A stretch of 64,000 nt of DNA from an uncultured bacterium (GTDB lineage Bacteria; Babelota; Babeliae; Babelales; Babelaceae): the NCBI GenBank assembly GCA_963819815.1, contig CAWFXL010000001.1:192001-256000 (forward strand). The letters run 5' to 3'. How positions within the stretch are numbered: position 1 is the stretch's first letter; every line of letters starts with the position of its first letter. Under the pieces are notes generated by a model. The model had not been told where the DNA came from, searched no databases, and was given only the letters and a program-made list of their open reading frames with translations. The position numbers and the translations under genes were made by a program. This document shows positions 1 through 10,625 of this stretch, in pieces.

Positions 1-92
1 TACTTGAAGACGAATATAGGTTATCTGATGCATTTATGTATCCGATAACCAATACTATGCAGCAGCTTATGGCCTCACACAAAAAAAGTTGA
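1..92 (+). CDS. 3' end of a CDS entering from the left edge (...LEDEYRLSDAFMYPITNTMQQLMASHKKS*)
   Basis: Open frame from position 3 to TGA at 90-92; no recognisable motif. Confidence 0.4.
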   Translation, partial: LEDEYRLSDAFMYPITNTMQQLMASHKKS

Positions 93-187
93 GAGGTTAC
101 CATAACCGTGTAGACTAGCAGCATGGAGGTCTTCCTTCAAGTTTCTGTGTAGTATCATATTTCGATATCTTACCTAAAGGGCCTAAT

Positions 188-619
188 ATGATTAACAAAA
201 TCATCTCAATTGTGTCGATCGTTTCAATCTGCTTACTACAGCATTCCATACTGCCAATGGAGAAGTTAGCTTTATCGACTACTCATACCACAGCCTCACG
301 TTCACTTGATGAACCGCTACAGAAGCTGATAGCAAGATGGGCCTTCATGCAAGCACATGTGGCAAATGCAGGCTTGTTGTTAGCAGCAGAAATAGAGAAA
401 CGAAAAAAGCAATTAGCAGAACTACAGGTACAAGGGGTAGATAGAGATGAGCTTAACAGGCTACTAACAGAATATGAGCAAGTTGAAAGGCTTCTAGCTG
501 AGTATGTGCAGGAACAGCAATCTCAGTTAGATCTGAAAGAAAAAGTTGAAGAGAACCAAGTGAGAAGTGGTGGATGGATCAGGAATCTCTTGGAGACATT
601 GTGGGATTCAATTGAATAA
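188..619 (+). CDS. Exported hypothetical protein, coiled-coil; short paralog of 693..2057
   Basis: Signal-peptide-like N-terminus; N- and C-termini and upstream DNA resemble those of the next gene. Confidence 0.75.
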   Translation: MINKIISIVSIVSICLLQHSILPMEKLALSTTHTTASRSLDEPLQKLIARWAFMQAHVANAGLLLAAEIEKRKKQLAELQVQGVDRDELNRLLTEYEQVERLLAEYVQEQQSQLDLKEKVEENQVRSGGWIRNLLETLWDSIE

Positions 620-692
620 CAAGTAATCTCTTGTATGAAAGTTTTTGTGTGTCATTATATACTATATCTCAACCTAGCAATAAAGGCTTATT

Positions 693-2057
693 GTGATTAA
701 AAGAATCATCATATTTGTATCGATTGTTTCAATCTTTCTAATACCAAATTCCGTACTGCCAATGATGTCTGTGAAGGTAGCTACACCGGTCGCTCAAATA
801 CCTTCTTTTACTGCTCAGAAAGAAGAGATAAAAAGGCTACTAGCATCATATGAAGAACTAACAAAGATTCATCATGAAAATGCCAATGTTATAGCAATAA
901 GAGATCAGGCGAAAAAACTATTAGCAAAGGTTGAGCTGCTTGAACAGGAAGAAAAGCTCACGGCATTTTCGCAAGAAATGCAACGACGAAACGAAGCAGC
1001 CCTTGCATCTCGAACCCTTGTCTCGATACAGCATGCCTTTGTTAAACGTCTTCAGGCAGTACGAGCTGATAATGGGACCATCCTAGCAAGAGTACAATCA
1101 TGCAGTGCTGAGACTATTCAGAAAGGTCATGCGCAATTACGAGAAAATATTGATGAGTGTTTAGAGAATATTGAAGGGAACCTCGAAAGAGATGTAGTAA
1201 CTCACAAAAGTGATCCTGTTATGCTTGGAGCGATGTGCATTGAAGTTTTTTATCGAGAATCTGAGCTTGCTGTGGTAGAAGCTTTTCAGCAGGAATGGTT
1301 TAATCCTTTGTTTCAGTATCCCGATGGCGAAACTCCATTTTCGCTTATTTTGCAACTTGCAAAACTTCAAATAGACCATGAAGCTGAATGGCCGATACCG
1401 TTTTTGTGTGATCTGCTCATGGTTACCGATACCCTGGGTTGGCGTGTAGTCTCACAAGAAGCCTTGAATAAGGGTCTTTTTGAGATAGGAAGAAACAAAG
1501 ACTATGAGTTTATTGTAGAGGAGATGTTACGTTGGCACCCATGTAAAGATATTGAAGGTCTGAAAAAACTCTGCATTGAATTAATACGGCATGATCGCTT
1601 TTGTCGATTTCACCTCCGCATATTGAAAGAGTCTCAGTTGGATCAAGATATGCTCAATACTCTATTGAAAGAGATTATTGCAAAAAAGCCGGAAAAGCTA
1701 GATGAAACTGAATTAGAAGCAAGGTTTGAAACATGCGCCTGTTTGATAGATGCAGGTGCTTCGATGAATATGGACATAGAGGGTAAACATCCCGTTGTTG
1801 CTTTAACTGAGCTACTTTTGGCCAATGGCCCTGATGTTGATAAAAACGCCTTAGCTTATTTTAATCGTATCATGAAATGGTGTTATAACCCCCAGCCTGC
1901 GCAGCGAGCACTACCACAAGCTCAACAGCAATCACCGCTGCACGGTCAATTAGTAGGTAATAATGAAAGTGTTAAAGAGCTGAATGAACGTGGTATCGTA
2001 AGAAGTAATGGCTGGATCTGGAAGCTCTGGGAGATATTTTGGGGTCAAAGTGCATAG
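693..2057 (+). CDS. Exported hypothetical protein with degenerate ankyrin-like segments
   Basis: GTG start, signal peptide, segments DGETPFSL, CLIDAGASMN and LLLANGPDVD. Confidence 0.75.
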   Translation: MIKRIIIFVSIVSIFLIPNSVLPMMSVKVATPVAQIPSFTAQKEEIKRLLASYEELTKIHHENANVIAIRDQAKKLLAKVELLEQEEKLTAFSQEMQRRNEAALASRTLVSIQHAFVKRLQAVRADNGTILARVQSCSAETIQKGHAQLRENIDECLENIEGNLERDVVTHKSDPVMLGAMCIEVFYRESELAVVEAFQQEWFNPLFQYPDGETPFSLILQLAKLQIDHEAEWPIPFLCDLLMVTDTLGWRVVSQEALNKGLFEIGRNKDYEFIVEEMLRWHPCKDIEGLKKLCIELIRHDRFCRFHLRILKESQLDQDMLNTLLKEIIAKKPEKLDETELEARFETCACLIDAGASMNMDIEGKHPVVALTELLLANGPDVDKNALAYFNRIMKWCYNPQPAQRALPQAQQQSPLHGQLVGNNESVKELNERGIVRSNGWIWKLWEIFWGQSA

Positions 2058-2253
2058 TACCTTTCCATTACATGAAAGCTCCTGAAAATAAATATTTTAC
2101 CTATCTTACTTATTCAATAGCTGCCTCTTATGTTGAGCAAAGTCATCTTAATGGTATCTATAAAAAATACCTGATATGCTAGCATGCGTATGATGCGAAC
2201 ATGACTAATGGGCATAAAAATTTGCCTACCTAAAAACTCTCAGCGAGGTTCTC

Positions 2254-3492
2254 TTGAACGCTATACCTACTCAAGTACTTATTTTGTTGATGTTCTCATG
2301 TGCTATGCGTGCAGCAACTAATGCCCAAACTGCTCAAAGGGATGTGCGTCTAATAAGACTAGAGACAGAGCTCAATAATGACAATGACAATCTTACCCGT
2401 TTGTATCGACAAGAGAACGCATCTCTTTCAGATGCACGGCTTTTGGCAGTAGTGCAAGCCAACCAATATCCTAACGCAAATCCTCAAGCACTTTCCGCTG
2501 ATTTCGCTCATTTTCAATTGAACATGAGAGCGCAGCACTATCAATATCTATTAATCGCCTGTCGAAATGGATGCCCTGATGTGGTACAACGGCTCTTTAA
2601 ACTTGGAATTACCCCTTTTTGTTCCGATTTGCAAGGAAGAACTCCGCTGCATAATGCCGCATTGAGCCAATCAGGTGAGGTTGTTAGATCTGTTACTCAA
2701 GCAAGGGATCTTCTCGAAAGTCGTTGTCAGAAATACTGGGATGGGAACCACGTTACCTGTATTCTTTGCAGTTCAATTCCAAAAGACATAACCCATGTGG
2801 ATGATAATGGTAGGACTCCCGTTGATCTCTATCTCGACCTTATCAATACCTTATTGTTCGCAGGAAAAAGAGTCTCTGGGCTTAACACTTGCTTACAGCT
2901 GTTATTTTTAAGAGCCGTAAGATTAGGTGTTCAACAGGAGGTCACTAAGGTATTAAACTTTTTTAGTGACATCCATACTGCAGTAATAAACGCAAACCAA
3001 CCAGGGCAAATCTTTGGGGATATTCTTGAGAACAGGCATCAATTTGTTCTTAATGGACACAATGGCCCTGACATTGAGCCTGCAGTTCATTTTATTGATA
3101 CTGAAGAAATCTTTAAAGATTCTGCGCTTCATATTGCGGCAAGAAATGGAGATCATACCCTTTTAGGGGCACTTCTTAATAGCATCAATCCTTACGACAG
3201 AGAAAGATTAGTTAAGAAAAAAAATGATTGTTCAGGCGGTGAAACAGCTTTAACGACCGCAATGTTTTATCTGAATTGGCACGTCGAACGTAAGTCAGAA
3301 ACGGAGGATAGAAGGGTTGATGTAGGGAAGGTCCAAGATCTTCTAAATTGTATTGCTCTTCTGCGTACAGCTGGCGCAGTGATTACGCAAGACCAAGATG
3401 AACTGCTTAATTGGGTGAATGGCTTACTTACCCCACAGTTTATAAACAATCCTATAGTAAGAGCTATTTTTCCACGCACGGAAACTGATTAA
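2254..3492 (+). CDS. Ankyrin repeat protein with signal peptide
   Basis: GRTPLHNAA, GRTPVDL, DSALHIAARNG, GETALTTA. Confidence 0.85.
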   Translation: MNAIPTQVLILLMFSCAMRAATNAQTAQRDVRLIRLETELNNDNDNLTRLYRQENASLSDARLLAVVQANQYPNANPQALSADFAHFQLNMRAQHYQYLLIACRNGCPDVVQRLFKLGITPFCSDLQGRTPLHNAALSQSGEVVRSVTQARDLLESRCQKYWDGNHVTCILCSSIPKDITHVDDNGRTPVDLYLDLINTLLFAGKRVSGLNTCLQLLFLRAVRLGVQQEVTKVLNFFSDIHTAVINANQPGQIFGDILENRHQFVLNGHNGPDIEPAVHFIDTEEIFKDSALHIAARNGDHTLLGALLNSINPYDRERLVKKKNDCSGGETALTTAMFYLNWHVERKSETEDRRVDVGKVQDLLNCIALLRTAGAVITQDQDELLNWVNGLLTPQFINNPIVRAIFPRTETD

Positions 3493-3687
3493 CACGCTCT
3501 AAGATTAGTATGCAGAAGCTTTGATGGTGAAAAATTGAGCACGAGCTCTTCATAGGCCCCAACCTGCATGGCAAGTAATGCGGCACGTGAAGTCAGTTGG
3601 TCGAGGGCAGCATGAGAGTGACAAGTGATGGCTTGATCTGGAAGTTCTTGGAGTCTGTTTTACCCTCAAAGATTCGAGTTAAACATC

Positions 3688-4356
3688 TTACAAAAGTTCA
3701 GGGCGTACACAGAGCAGATTGACTTTGTTATGCCGAGGAGAATCTTTTTGAATGATTCGAAATCCCTGGGCCACTATCCATGAAGTGAGCTCGTCAAACA
3801 ACGGGATCCCCTTGAATCGCTCGGTTAGGCTTGCTTCTACTACCATGACCTGTATCGTTCCCACTATAGTAGGAGAAGCTTTAAGTACTTTAAGTTCTGC
3901 TCCTTGCATGTCAAACCATACAGCATCTATATGGGTGATACCCTCTTTGTGAGCCCAATCATCTAAAGTGATAGTGGAAACTTTAACTTGTTCAAAGAAG
4001 ACATTAGGCCGTTCTTGAATATACTCAAGTGGCTCATAGAATGAGCTTACTGCCGTAGATGCTCCCGAGCATTCATAGAACGCTTCAACACCGGTATGAT
4101 CACTTAAGGCGATATTATAGCACGTAATGTTTGGGTAGGGTGCGGTGCGCTCAAGCAATTGACTATATAATGAGGGAACAGGTTCAAAGGCATAGATCTG
4201 TGCATGTGGCCAGAGCGTCGCCATACGTATTGTATCTCTACCAAAGTGTGCCCCAGACTCTATTATGATAGGGCGTTGAGGTAAATATTGGGTTATCTGT
4301 TCTTTTAATATAGGAGCTTCTTGCATATATTCTAAGACTATCTTTTGGGTGTACAT
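3688..4356 (-). CDS. FkbM family SAM-dependent methyltransferase
   Basis: IIESGAHFG, YAFEP, TITLDDW and FDMQGAELKVL motifs. Confidence 0.9.
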   Translation of the reverse strand: MYTQKIVLEYMQEAPILKEQITQYLPQRPIIIESGAHFGRDTIRMATLWPHAQIYAFEPVPSLYSQLLERTAPYPNITCYNIALSDHTGVEAFYECSGASTAVSSFYEPLEYIQERPNVFFEQVKVSTITLDDWAHKEGITHIDAVWFDMQGAELKVLKASPTIVGTIQVMVVEASLTERFKGIPLFDELTSWIVAQGFRIIQKDSPRHNKVNLLCVRPELL

Positions 4357-4559
4357 TCCGCGATTAGTATAGAGGGAAGCATCTTTTTATGAAAGCTTTC
4401 GTAAAAATCATTCGCCTCTGAAAGCCTTCTAGGGTTCCTAATGTTATGTGGGCTGATGGGGAAAGTGTGCTATTTTTGAGGGTGATATTTTTTCTATCAT
4501 CATGAAAATCATGATATAGCATATACTGTGTGGTACACTATCACCAAGGAGACGATCAC

Positions 4560-5291
4560 ATGAAAATTAAAGAACGACTCGACCTTAAGATGCAGAAACT
4601 TTTTCCTGCGTTGAGTCGTACGCAGATACAAAGTTATATCATGCAAGGTAAAGTAACCGTTGACGGTCAGGTATGCTTAAAACCGGGTATACTCGTAAGC
4701 GATGAACAAGAAGTATTTTGCACCTACGAGGCTCCTCCTTATGTATCTCGTGCAGGTCAGAAACTCGCACATGCCTTAGATCATTTTGGTGTTGATCCGA
4801 AGAGTATGATCATCCTTGATGCAGGTCTGTCTACGGGTGGATTTACTGACTGCTTACTCAAACGTGGCGCAGCAAAAGTCTATGGAGTTGATGTAGGCTA
4901 TGGGCAAGTGCATGAATCAATTCGCCAAGATCCACGTGTAGTTGTTATGGAGCGCATTAATCTAAGATATCTTGAGAGCCTTCCTGAGAAAGTTGATCTT
5001 GTCACTCTAGATCTCTCATTTATTTCAGTTACCAAAGTACTTGTGGCGGTAAAACATCTTATGAAGCCACAGGGAAAACTCATAGTTCTTATTAAGCCAC
5101 AGTTCGAAGCGGAGCGGCACGAAGTCGGCAAAGGGGGCATCATTAAAGATCCAGCTATTCATAAGAAAGTTATCGAGAAGATCATAGCTGCTTGTGCTCT
5201 CGAAGGATTTGTATGTCAGGGGGTAATCGAATCGCCGATTACGGGAACTGAAGGCAATAAGGAGTTCTTGGGCTATTTTATCTTAAGTTAA
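4560..5291 (+). CDS. tlyA: TlyA family rRNA 2'-O-methyltransferase (S4 + FtsJ-like domains)
   Basis: KERLD, YVSRAGQKL, LDAGLSTGGFTDCLL, DLSFIS, LIKPQFE, ESPITGTEGNKEF; ATG at 4560 preceded by AAGGAG. Confidence 0.95.
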   Translation: MKIKERLDLKMQKLFPALSRTQIQSYIMQGKVTVDGQVCLKPGILVSDEQEVFCTYEAPPYVSRAGQKLAHALDHFGVDPKSMIILDAGLSTGGFTDCLLKRGAAKVYGVDVGYGQVHESIRQDPRVVVMERINLRYLESLPEKVDLVTLDLSFISVTKVLVAVKHLMKPQGKLIVLIKPQFEAERHEVGKGGIIKDPAIHKKVIEKIIAACALEGFVCQGVIESPITGTEGNKEFLGYFILS

Positions 5292-5299
5292 AACACTAA

Positions 5300-5327
5300 T
5301 TGACAATTTTGCTCGAGATGGTAGAAT
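5300..5327 (+). promoter_or_regulatory. Sigma70-type promoter of the ankyrin gene at 5462
   Basis: TTGACA, 16 nt spacer ending in TGG, then TAGAAT (extended -10). Confidence 0.6.
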
Positions 5328-5461
5328 ATACCTACGGGTTATACTACTGTATGATTTAAGAAAAGCTTCAGCGCAAGTATGCTGGGAGCCCATTATGGAT
5401 TTGATCCAGATTCAAGTGCTCCATTTACCGATAAAAATAATGTTATTGAAAGGAATTAGGT

Positions 5462-6463
5462 ATGAAATTAGTATGTGTACTCAGCTTGCTTTTTATGAGC
5501 CAGGCTCTTGCGATGAATAATGCTGACTTTGATGATTTCAACTTAAGCGGTGTTGTGAGAGTGCAGAGAACTCTCCATGATGCTGCGAAAAATAATGATG
5601 GAGCACTTCTTACGGAACTTATTAATGAGGGTTCAGATGTTGATGCTCTCGCTGTGGGCAGGGGAGTAACGATGGATGGTATGACGCCACTCTTTTGTTG
5701 TATTGTACACGAAGGTACAGAAGAGAATATTGATGCTCTCAAGGTACTTATCAGCAATGGTGCGGATCTTAATCTTCGCCGTGGTAAACGTACGCCAATT
5801 CATTGGGCACTCGAGCAAAAGCGTTTTGCCAGTGCAGAAGAATTAATCATTGCTGGAGCTAATCTGAAAATTCTTGGTCACTTTGAGAATACCTTTCTAC
5901 ATTGTGTTATAGAGGAGAATGCTCCTATCAGAATTCTACGTGCACTACTTAAAAGGGGTCTTTCTCAAGCGGTGAACGCAAGCAATGTGCGTGACGAGAC
6001 GCCTCTCATGGTTGCGGCCGGTAAGTGTAATAACCTCAAGGCTGTCGTAGTGATGTGCAATGCAGGTGCGGATGTAGCTTTAGAAAATTCCGGGGGGCAG
6101 AACGCCTTAGAAATTGCAGATAGTTATGGCAATATTAAGATTATGAGAGCATTGATTGCACGCGGGGCAACATCGGACGAGATGCTTTACATTGCATCCA
6201 AGTGCAATGCGCATGAAACTGTCAAAGCATTACTTGAGGCTGGCTGCAATGTAAATGAAAAAAGGGATGATCAGGGGGGGGCTACTGCTCTTCATATAGC
6301 GGCTGAATTCGATGCATTTGAGTCTGCGCAAGTACTTATTGGAGCTGGAGCAGATGTAAATGCTTTGATGTTGAGCTCTATTAATACTCCGATATCTGTG
6401 CTAGCATTGGCAACCGAAGATAGTCAGCTCGCTGCGCTTTTAAAATCTGCAGGAGCGAAATAA
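5462..6463 (+). CDS. Ankyrin repeat protein with signal peptide
   Basis: Many ANK repeats: GMTPLFCC, RTPIHWAL, ETPLMVAAG, GATALHIAAEF...GADVNA. Confidence 0.92.
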   Translation: MKLVCVLSLLFMSQALAMNNADFDDFNLSGVVRVQRTLHDAAKNNDGALLTELINEGSDVDALAVGRGVTMDGMTPLFCCIVHEGTEENIDALKVLISNGADLNLRRGKRTPIHWALEQKRFASAEELIIAGANLKILGHFENTFLHCVIEENAPIRILRALLKRGLSQAVNASNVRDETPLMVAAGKCNNLKAVVVMCNAGADVALENSGGQNALEIADSYGNIKIMRALIARGATSDEMLYIASKCNAHETVKALLEAGCNVNEKRDDQGGATALHIAAEFDAFESAQVLIGAGADVNALMLSSINTPISVLALATEDSQLAALLKSAGAK

Positions 6464-6779
6464 GGTCGGGTTGTCAGACATTTTTCTTAAGGGATATTGA
6501 AAGAGTGTGAGTAGCTTAAGAAATGTTCTTGAGCTACTCACACTCTTTAGTGAGGACTATTGTAAGGTCCTCACCGGGTATTTAACATTAATACCTTACA
6601 GACGCCATCCTTTAGCGCTTTCTCTTTTCTCTGTAATCAGAACTTCAGCAGATTTTTCTCAAAAATGTGGACAATCTCATAGCATTCCAGCCAATTTCAT
6701 TCAAAACTCTTGCATGTGCTCTATCAAAAAAGCTAGTATGCGGGAAAAGATTCCAGAGAGTGATTATGAAAGGATGACT

Positions 6780-8630
6780 ATGAAGAATCAAAAAAGCATC
6801 TATATGAAGGGCTCAGGAATGCTCGGTGCAGTAGTTGCATTTTTCTGCCTCTTCGTGTCTGGTGAGCTCATTGCGGCGGCCCCTGATGACTGCTGTAACT
6901 TTATCCCTATAACGGCACTTCCGTTTGTATGTCAAATGTCAGCTCACTATAAGATAGTGAATGATGTTGTATTTGGAGAATCTCAAACTTCTCAAGGTAA
7001 GACCGATGGCAAGCTTCAAGCTGGTATCGTCCAGCCACCAGCATGTCCTGTGCTCCCGGCCGTAGTCTTTGGAATAACCATTGCTGCAGATAAAGTAACG
7101 GTTGATGGTAATAATAAAACGGTTGCAATTGTAGGAGAGAATGTAGGAGGAGTAGTCGTAGCCAATGGGGTAACCGATGCGGTAGTAAATGGGGTTAAAG
7201 TCGTAGGTGATGCTGTCTCGGTTGTCCAAGTAGGAGTAGCAGTTTCGTCTGTAGTTGCTACCGTAAGCGGTGTTAGTGTAGTAAATGTTGGTGTCGCTTC
7301 TGTGGCAGAAGTAACAGCGCCTCCACTTGTAAATGTTGGGCAGGGTCCAGTCCCTCCTGTTGCGGGAGCGGTGGTAGTGGCTCCTATTGTGTCTGAAGTA
7401 GTTGCTCGCTCCAAAGGGCTTGGCCAATCGGGGGTGATTGAAGGTGGCGGTGTACTTATAGAAGATTTGAATGTTTCAAATAGTATCAACGGCGTAACTA
7501 TTCAAGGATCAAATGTAAATGTTATTCTAAGAGATAGCTTTATTTCCGATAGCATCGAAATGGGTATTTCGCAGCCAAACAGGAGTGGATTCGAGGGGAA
7601 CTTTATACTTGAGAATGTCCAAATTACCGATTCTGGGATTAATGGCATTTATACTACTTTTAATCAGGACAATTGGATTCTCAAGAACGTGCAAATTCGT
7701 AATAGTGGATTTAATGGAGCAATCTTTGAAGGGTTTCAGAATCTGAGTATTATAGATAGCCAGATTTTTGACAGCGGCGCAAAAGGGCTTGTTGCGAGCA
7801 TTAGACAAAGTCAAAATATTTCCCTTATTGGTCTAGAAATTTTTAATAGTGGTGATGAAGCATTGCGTGTCGACAATGTCCAAAATCTTTTTATAGACCG
7901 CAGTCTTTTTACTAACTATAACCCGACGTCCTTGCCGCTTGCTAAGATCCAGGATGTTAATAATGGCTTAATAAAGAACAGCCAGTTTATGAGTTTTGGT
8001 GGATTATCTGACGGACTCTTCATCAGAAATTCTCATGGACTTATCGTGGATTCGAATCTTGTGAAAGTATTTAATAATTTCTCAAGCGAGACTCCAGTTT
8101 CGCAGCCACCAAACCTTTCCGGTAATCCAATTGGGAACTATATTCAGCAAAAATACTGCTCGGCACCACCAACCTCTAAGGGTGTAAATGGTCCGGTAGG
8201 TATAAATCTGCAGGGAGGTGTCACAGCTGCACAGATAAAAAATACGGTAGTATCGGGAACTCCTTCGATTGGGATAGCTGTTCAAGCAGATAGCTTAAAT
8301 GGAATTGATGAAGGTGTAATACTTGAAAACGTTCTTGTTGATGGAGCTCAAAATAGTGGGATCCTTTTTGATAGTGCACTTAATTCTGCTGTCTTTAATT
8401 CACAGGTAGTTAATGGCCAGGGTGACGGTATCACAATCTCAGGTAGTAGCAATACCGCCGTGCGTGGAAATACGCTTACGAATAACCGTGCCTTTGGCGT
8501 GAGAGATAACGGAGTACATTCACAGATCTATCAAAATTTTGCCTCAGCTAACGGCGCAAATTATACCTCAAATATTCTTACTTCAAGGCCAACTGCAGAT
8601 CTTGGGTCCCTAGAAAATATTAGTAGTTAA
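6780..8630 (+). CDS. Exported right-handed beta-helix repeat protein
   Basis: Repeats such as ILENVQITDSGINGI, ILKNVQIRNSGFNGA and IIDSQIFDSGAKGL; probable start ATG 6780 after GAAAGGA; signal-like hydrophobic segment. Confidence 0.85.
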   Translation: MKNQKSIYMKGSGMLGAVVAFFCLFVSGELIAAAPDDCCNFIPITALPFVCQMSAHYKIVNDVVFGESQTSQGKTDGKLQAGIVQPPACPVLPAVVFGITIAADKVTVDGNNKTVAIVGENVGGVVVANGVTDAVVNGVKVVGDAVSVVQVGVAVSSVVATVSGVSVVNVGVASVAEVTAPPLVNVGQGPVPPVAGAVVVAPIVSEVVARSKGLGQSGVIEGGGVLIEDLNVSNSINGVTIQGSNVNVILRDSFISDSIEMGISQPNRSGFEGNFILENVQITDSGINGIYTTFNQDNWILKNVQIRNSGFNGAIFEGFQNLSIIDSQIFDSGAKGLVASIRQSQNISLIGLEIFNSGDEALRVDNVQNLFIDRSLFTNYNPTSLPLAKIQDVNNGLIKNSQFMSFGGLSDGLFIRNSHGLIVDSNLVKVFNNFSSETPVSQPPNLSGNPIGNYIQQKYCSAPPTSKGVNGPVGINLQGGVTAAQIKNTVVSGTPSIGIAVQADSLNGIDEGVILENVLVDGAQNSGILFDSALNSAVFNSQVVNGQGDGITISGSSNTAVRGNTLTNNRAFGVRDNGVHSQIYQNFASANGANYTSNILTSRPTADLGSLENISS

Positions 8631-8655
8631 AAAAATTCAATACAAAGGAGTATCT

Positions 8656-10257
8656 ATGAAACGCATGATATTTTGTCTTCTTATGTGCCGTAGCATGACA
8701 GGCATAGTCAATGCAGATGGCGTTCAAACCCCTCTTGTGTTGACGACGACACCGGTATTTCGAACTACGGCACAAATCATGCAAGGACAAGTACCTGCAC
8801 CTGTTAAAGGTCAGACGCCACAGGCTTCAGGACCAGCTACACCTGGTACCCCGTTAGTAGTAAACCACTTTACAGTAGCTGACTATCAAGAAACAGGTCA
8901 ATATGGGCCAAGTGCAGAATCAAGTGTTGGTTCTACACAGCTTCTTGTTGCTTCAAAGGGTCGTATACGTTCCTTTTTAAAGAACGGTACTCTTGATAAT
9001 GTTCTTAATCTTGCACATGATAGTTTTTTTAGCCCGATAACTTTGGGTGGTTTTACCGCAGATCCCAATGTGATCTTTCATCCTCAGTGGAAGCAATGGA
9101 TCATCTTTGCAAACGCGCAGTCTTCACTAGTGCTTGCTGTAAGTGATGGAGACCCGATAACTCCTAATACCGTATGGAGTTTTTATGTCGTAGATTCAAT
9201 CACTGCACCATGCACAGATCCGACAAAGGCAGAATGTTTTACCGCGACGTCGTCCTTTGACTATACGACATTGGGAGCAGATGTACAGGCGGTCTATTGT
9301 GCCGCTAATATTATAGATACTGCTACCGCAGAAGGATTTGTTTCGGCAGCCGCCTATGTACTTCCAAGAAGCTCTTTGATGAATGGTGTCTCGGCAAAGG
9401 TTTTTGCCTTTAGAAATTTAACGACAGTTGATGATCCTATACGACCATTTACGTTCCAGCCAGCGCTTAATTTTGATGCAGCTCCGACTGCTGGGATTTT
9501 TCCAAGCATAGATTTCGTTACCTTAAATGCTTTCAATGCTTCATCTTTAATATTAGTGAGCGTCGTTACGTTTACCAATGGGATACCTACGAGTCTTTCA
9601 GATCCAATTTCAGTGCCGGTTGATACCTTTGCACAACCTATATCGGTTAGTGTCTTGGGTACTCCAGATTCTCATATGGTTGCACCTGTGGCAGGATGCC
9701 GTTTGGCACCTTCTCACATTCGCAATAATAGGCTCTGGCTTGTAGCTAATACCGGAGTAAACAATAATGGGGTAAGTCCAGAGTCTAATTGTTCTCCCAT
9801 TGACACAACAAAGGTAAATCGGGATGCAGCTCAGTTTACGCAGATAGATGTTTCACGACCAACGAACCCCGTTCTTGTAAGCCAGGGAACGCTCTTTCAG
9901 CAAACTGCGTCGAATAATTTGGGAGAAAGAAGTTTTCTTACGCCATCGATCATGTCAAATGCTAATGGCAATGTGATTATAGGGGCAACCACGTGTGGTG
10001 CGAGTGAACGTCTTAACGCTGCAGTAGCTCAGCTGATAGAGGACAATACAGCGGTGGGAACTCCCATTCTTTATACCTCGAGTACTAGTGACTACGATGC
10101 CGGCCAAGATTGGGAATTTGTTCCTCTTGCACGGTGGGGTGATCATACTCGAATATCTCCAGATCCTGAAAATCCAGCACTTTTTTGGACTTCTCAGCAA
10201 TGGTGTTCCCAAGAGAATACCTGGGCTCTTGAAGCCGCACAGGTACTTACTCAATAA
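8656..10257 (+). CDS. Exported beta-rich hypothetical protein (RWGD-motif type), probably co-transcribed with the beta-helix gene
   Basis: AAAGGAG RBS, signal peptide, C-terminal RWGDHTRISPDP; 25 nt gap to the upstream gene. Confidence 0.8.
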   Translation: MKRMIFCLLMCRSMTGIVNADGVQTPLVLTTTPVFRTTAQIMQGQVPAPVKGQTPQASGPATPGTPLVVNHFTVADYQETGQYGPSAESSVGSTQLLVASKGRIRSFLKNGTLDNVLNLAHDSFFSPITLGGFTADPNVIFHPQWKQWIIFANAQSSLVLAVSDGDPITPNTVWSFYVVDSITAPCTDPTKAECFTATSSFDYTTLGADVQAVYCAANIIDTATAEGFVSAAAYVLPRSSLMNGVSAKVFAFRNLTTVDDPIRPFTFQPALNFDAAPTAGIFPSIDFVTLNAFNASSLILVSVVTFTNGIPTSLSDPISVPVDTFAQPISVSVLGTPDSHMVAPVAGCRLAPSHIRNNRLWLVANTGVNNNGVSPESNCSPIDTTKVNRDAAQFTQIDVSRPTNPVLVSQGTLFQQTASNNLGERSFLTPSIMSNANGNVIIGATTCGASERLNAAVAQLIEDNTAVGTPILYTSSTSDYDAGQDWEFVPLARWGDHTRISPDPENPALFWTSQQWCSQENTWALEAAQVLTQ

Positions 10258-10625
10258 TGTACAACTCTCCGCTTCTTTATGGCTGCTAGGGGATAGTTAA
10301 TGCATTTTAAAGGCTAGTATCTTGGAAGTACGAGAGCCTCAATGTATATCATACTTGTCCGTATATCTCGATCTGTTTTTTAATCCGTATACTTGCATGT
10401 AATTGCAGATGTTGATTGTTGCAGCATGAAAAAACACCTATTGATCGATAGGTAAAATCGATCAGTCTCTAGAACTCTCCTTTCTGAGCCACTTGTGCGT
10501 GTCCGTAAAGAATCCATAGCCTTCACAAAATGAATGAGTAAAATAATTTAATCCATTTATTTTATTTCTATCTGAAATGTGCTATGCTTAGATTATAGTA
10601 ACGAAAGGCATCGGGTAAGAAAAAT

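Noticed and set aside
3445..3492. C-terminal NNPIVRAIFPR as a fourth KYC-type motif
   Set aside because: Lacks the KYC core; similarity is too weak.
5334..5461. Riboswitch in the 5' leader of the ankyrin gene
   Set aside because: Only short weak hairpins and no conserved aptamer motif that I recognise.
6780..7410. Diversity-generating retroelement target as an explanation for the Val bias
   Set aside because: No reverse transcriptase and no template/variable repeat pair differing only at adenines was seen in the window.
7016..7489. Thr/Pro-rich mucin-like antisense ORF
   Set aside because: It is the expected mirror of the Val/Gly-rich sense codons; no independent evidence of expression signals.
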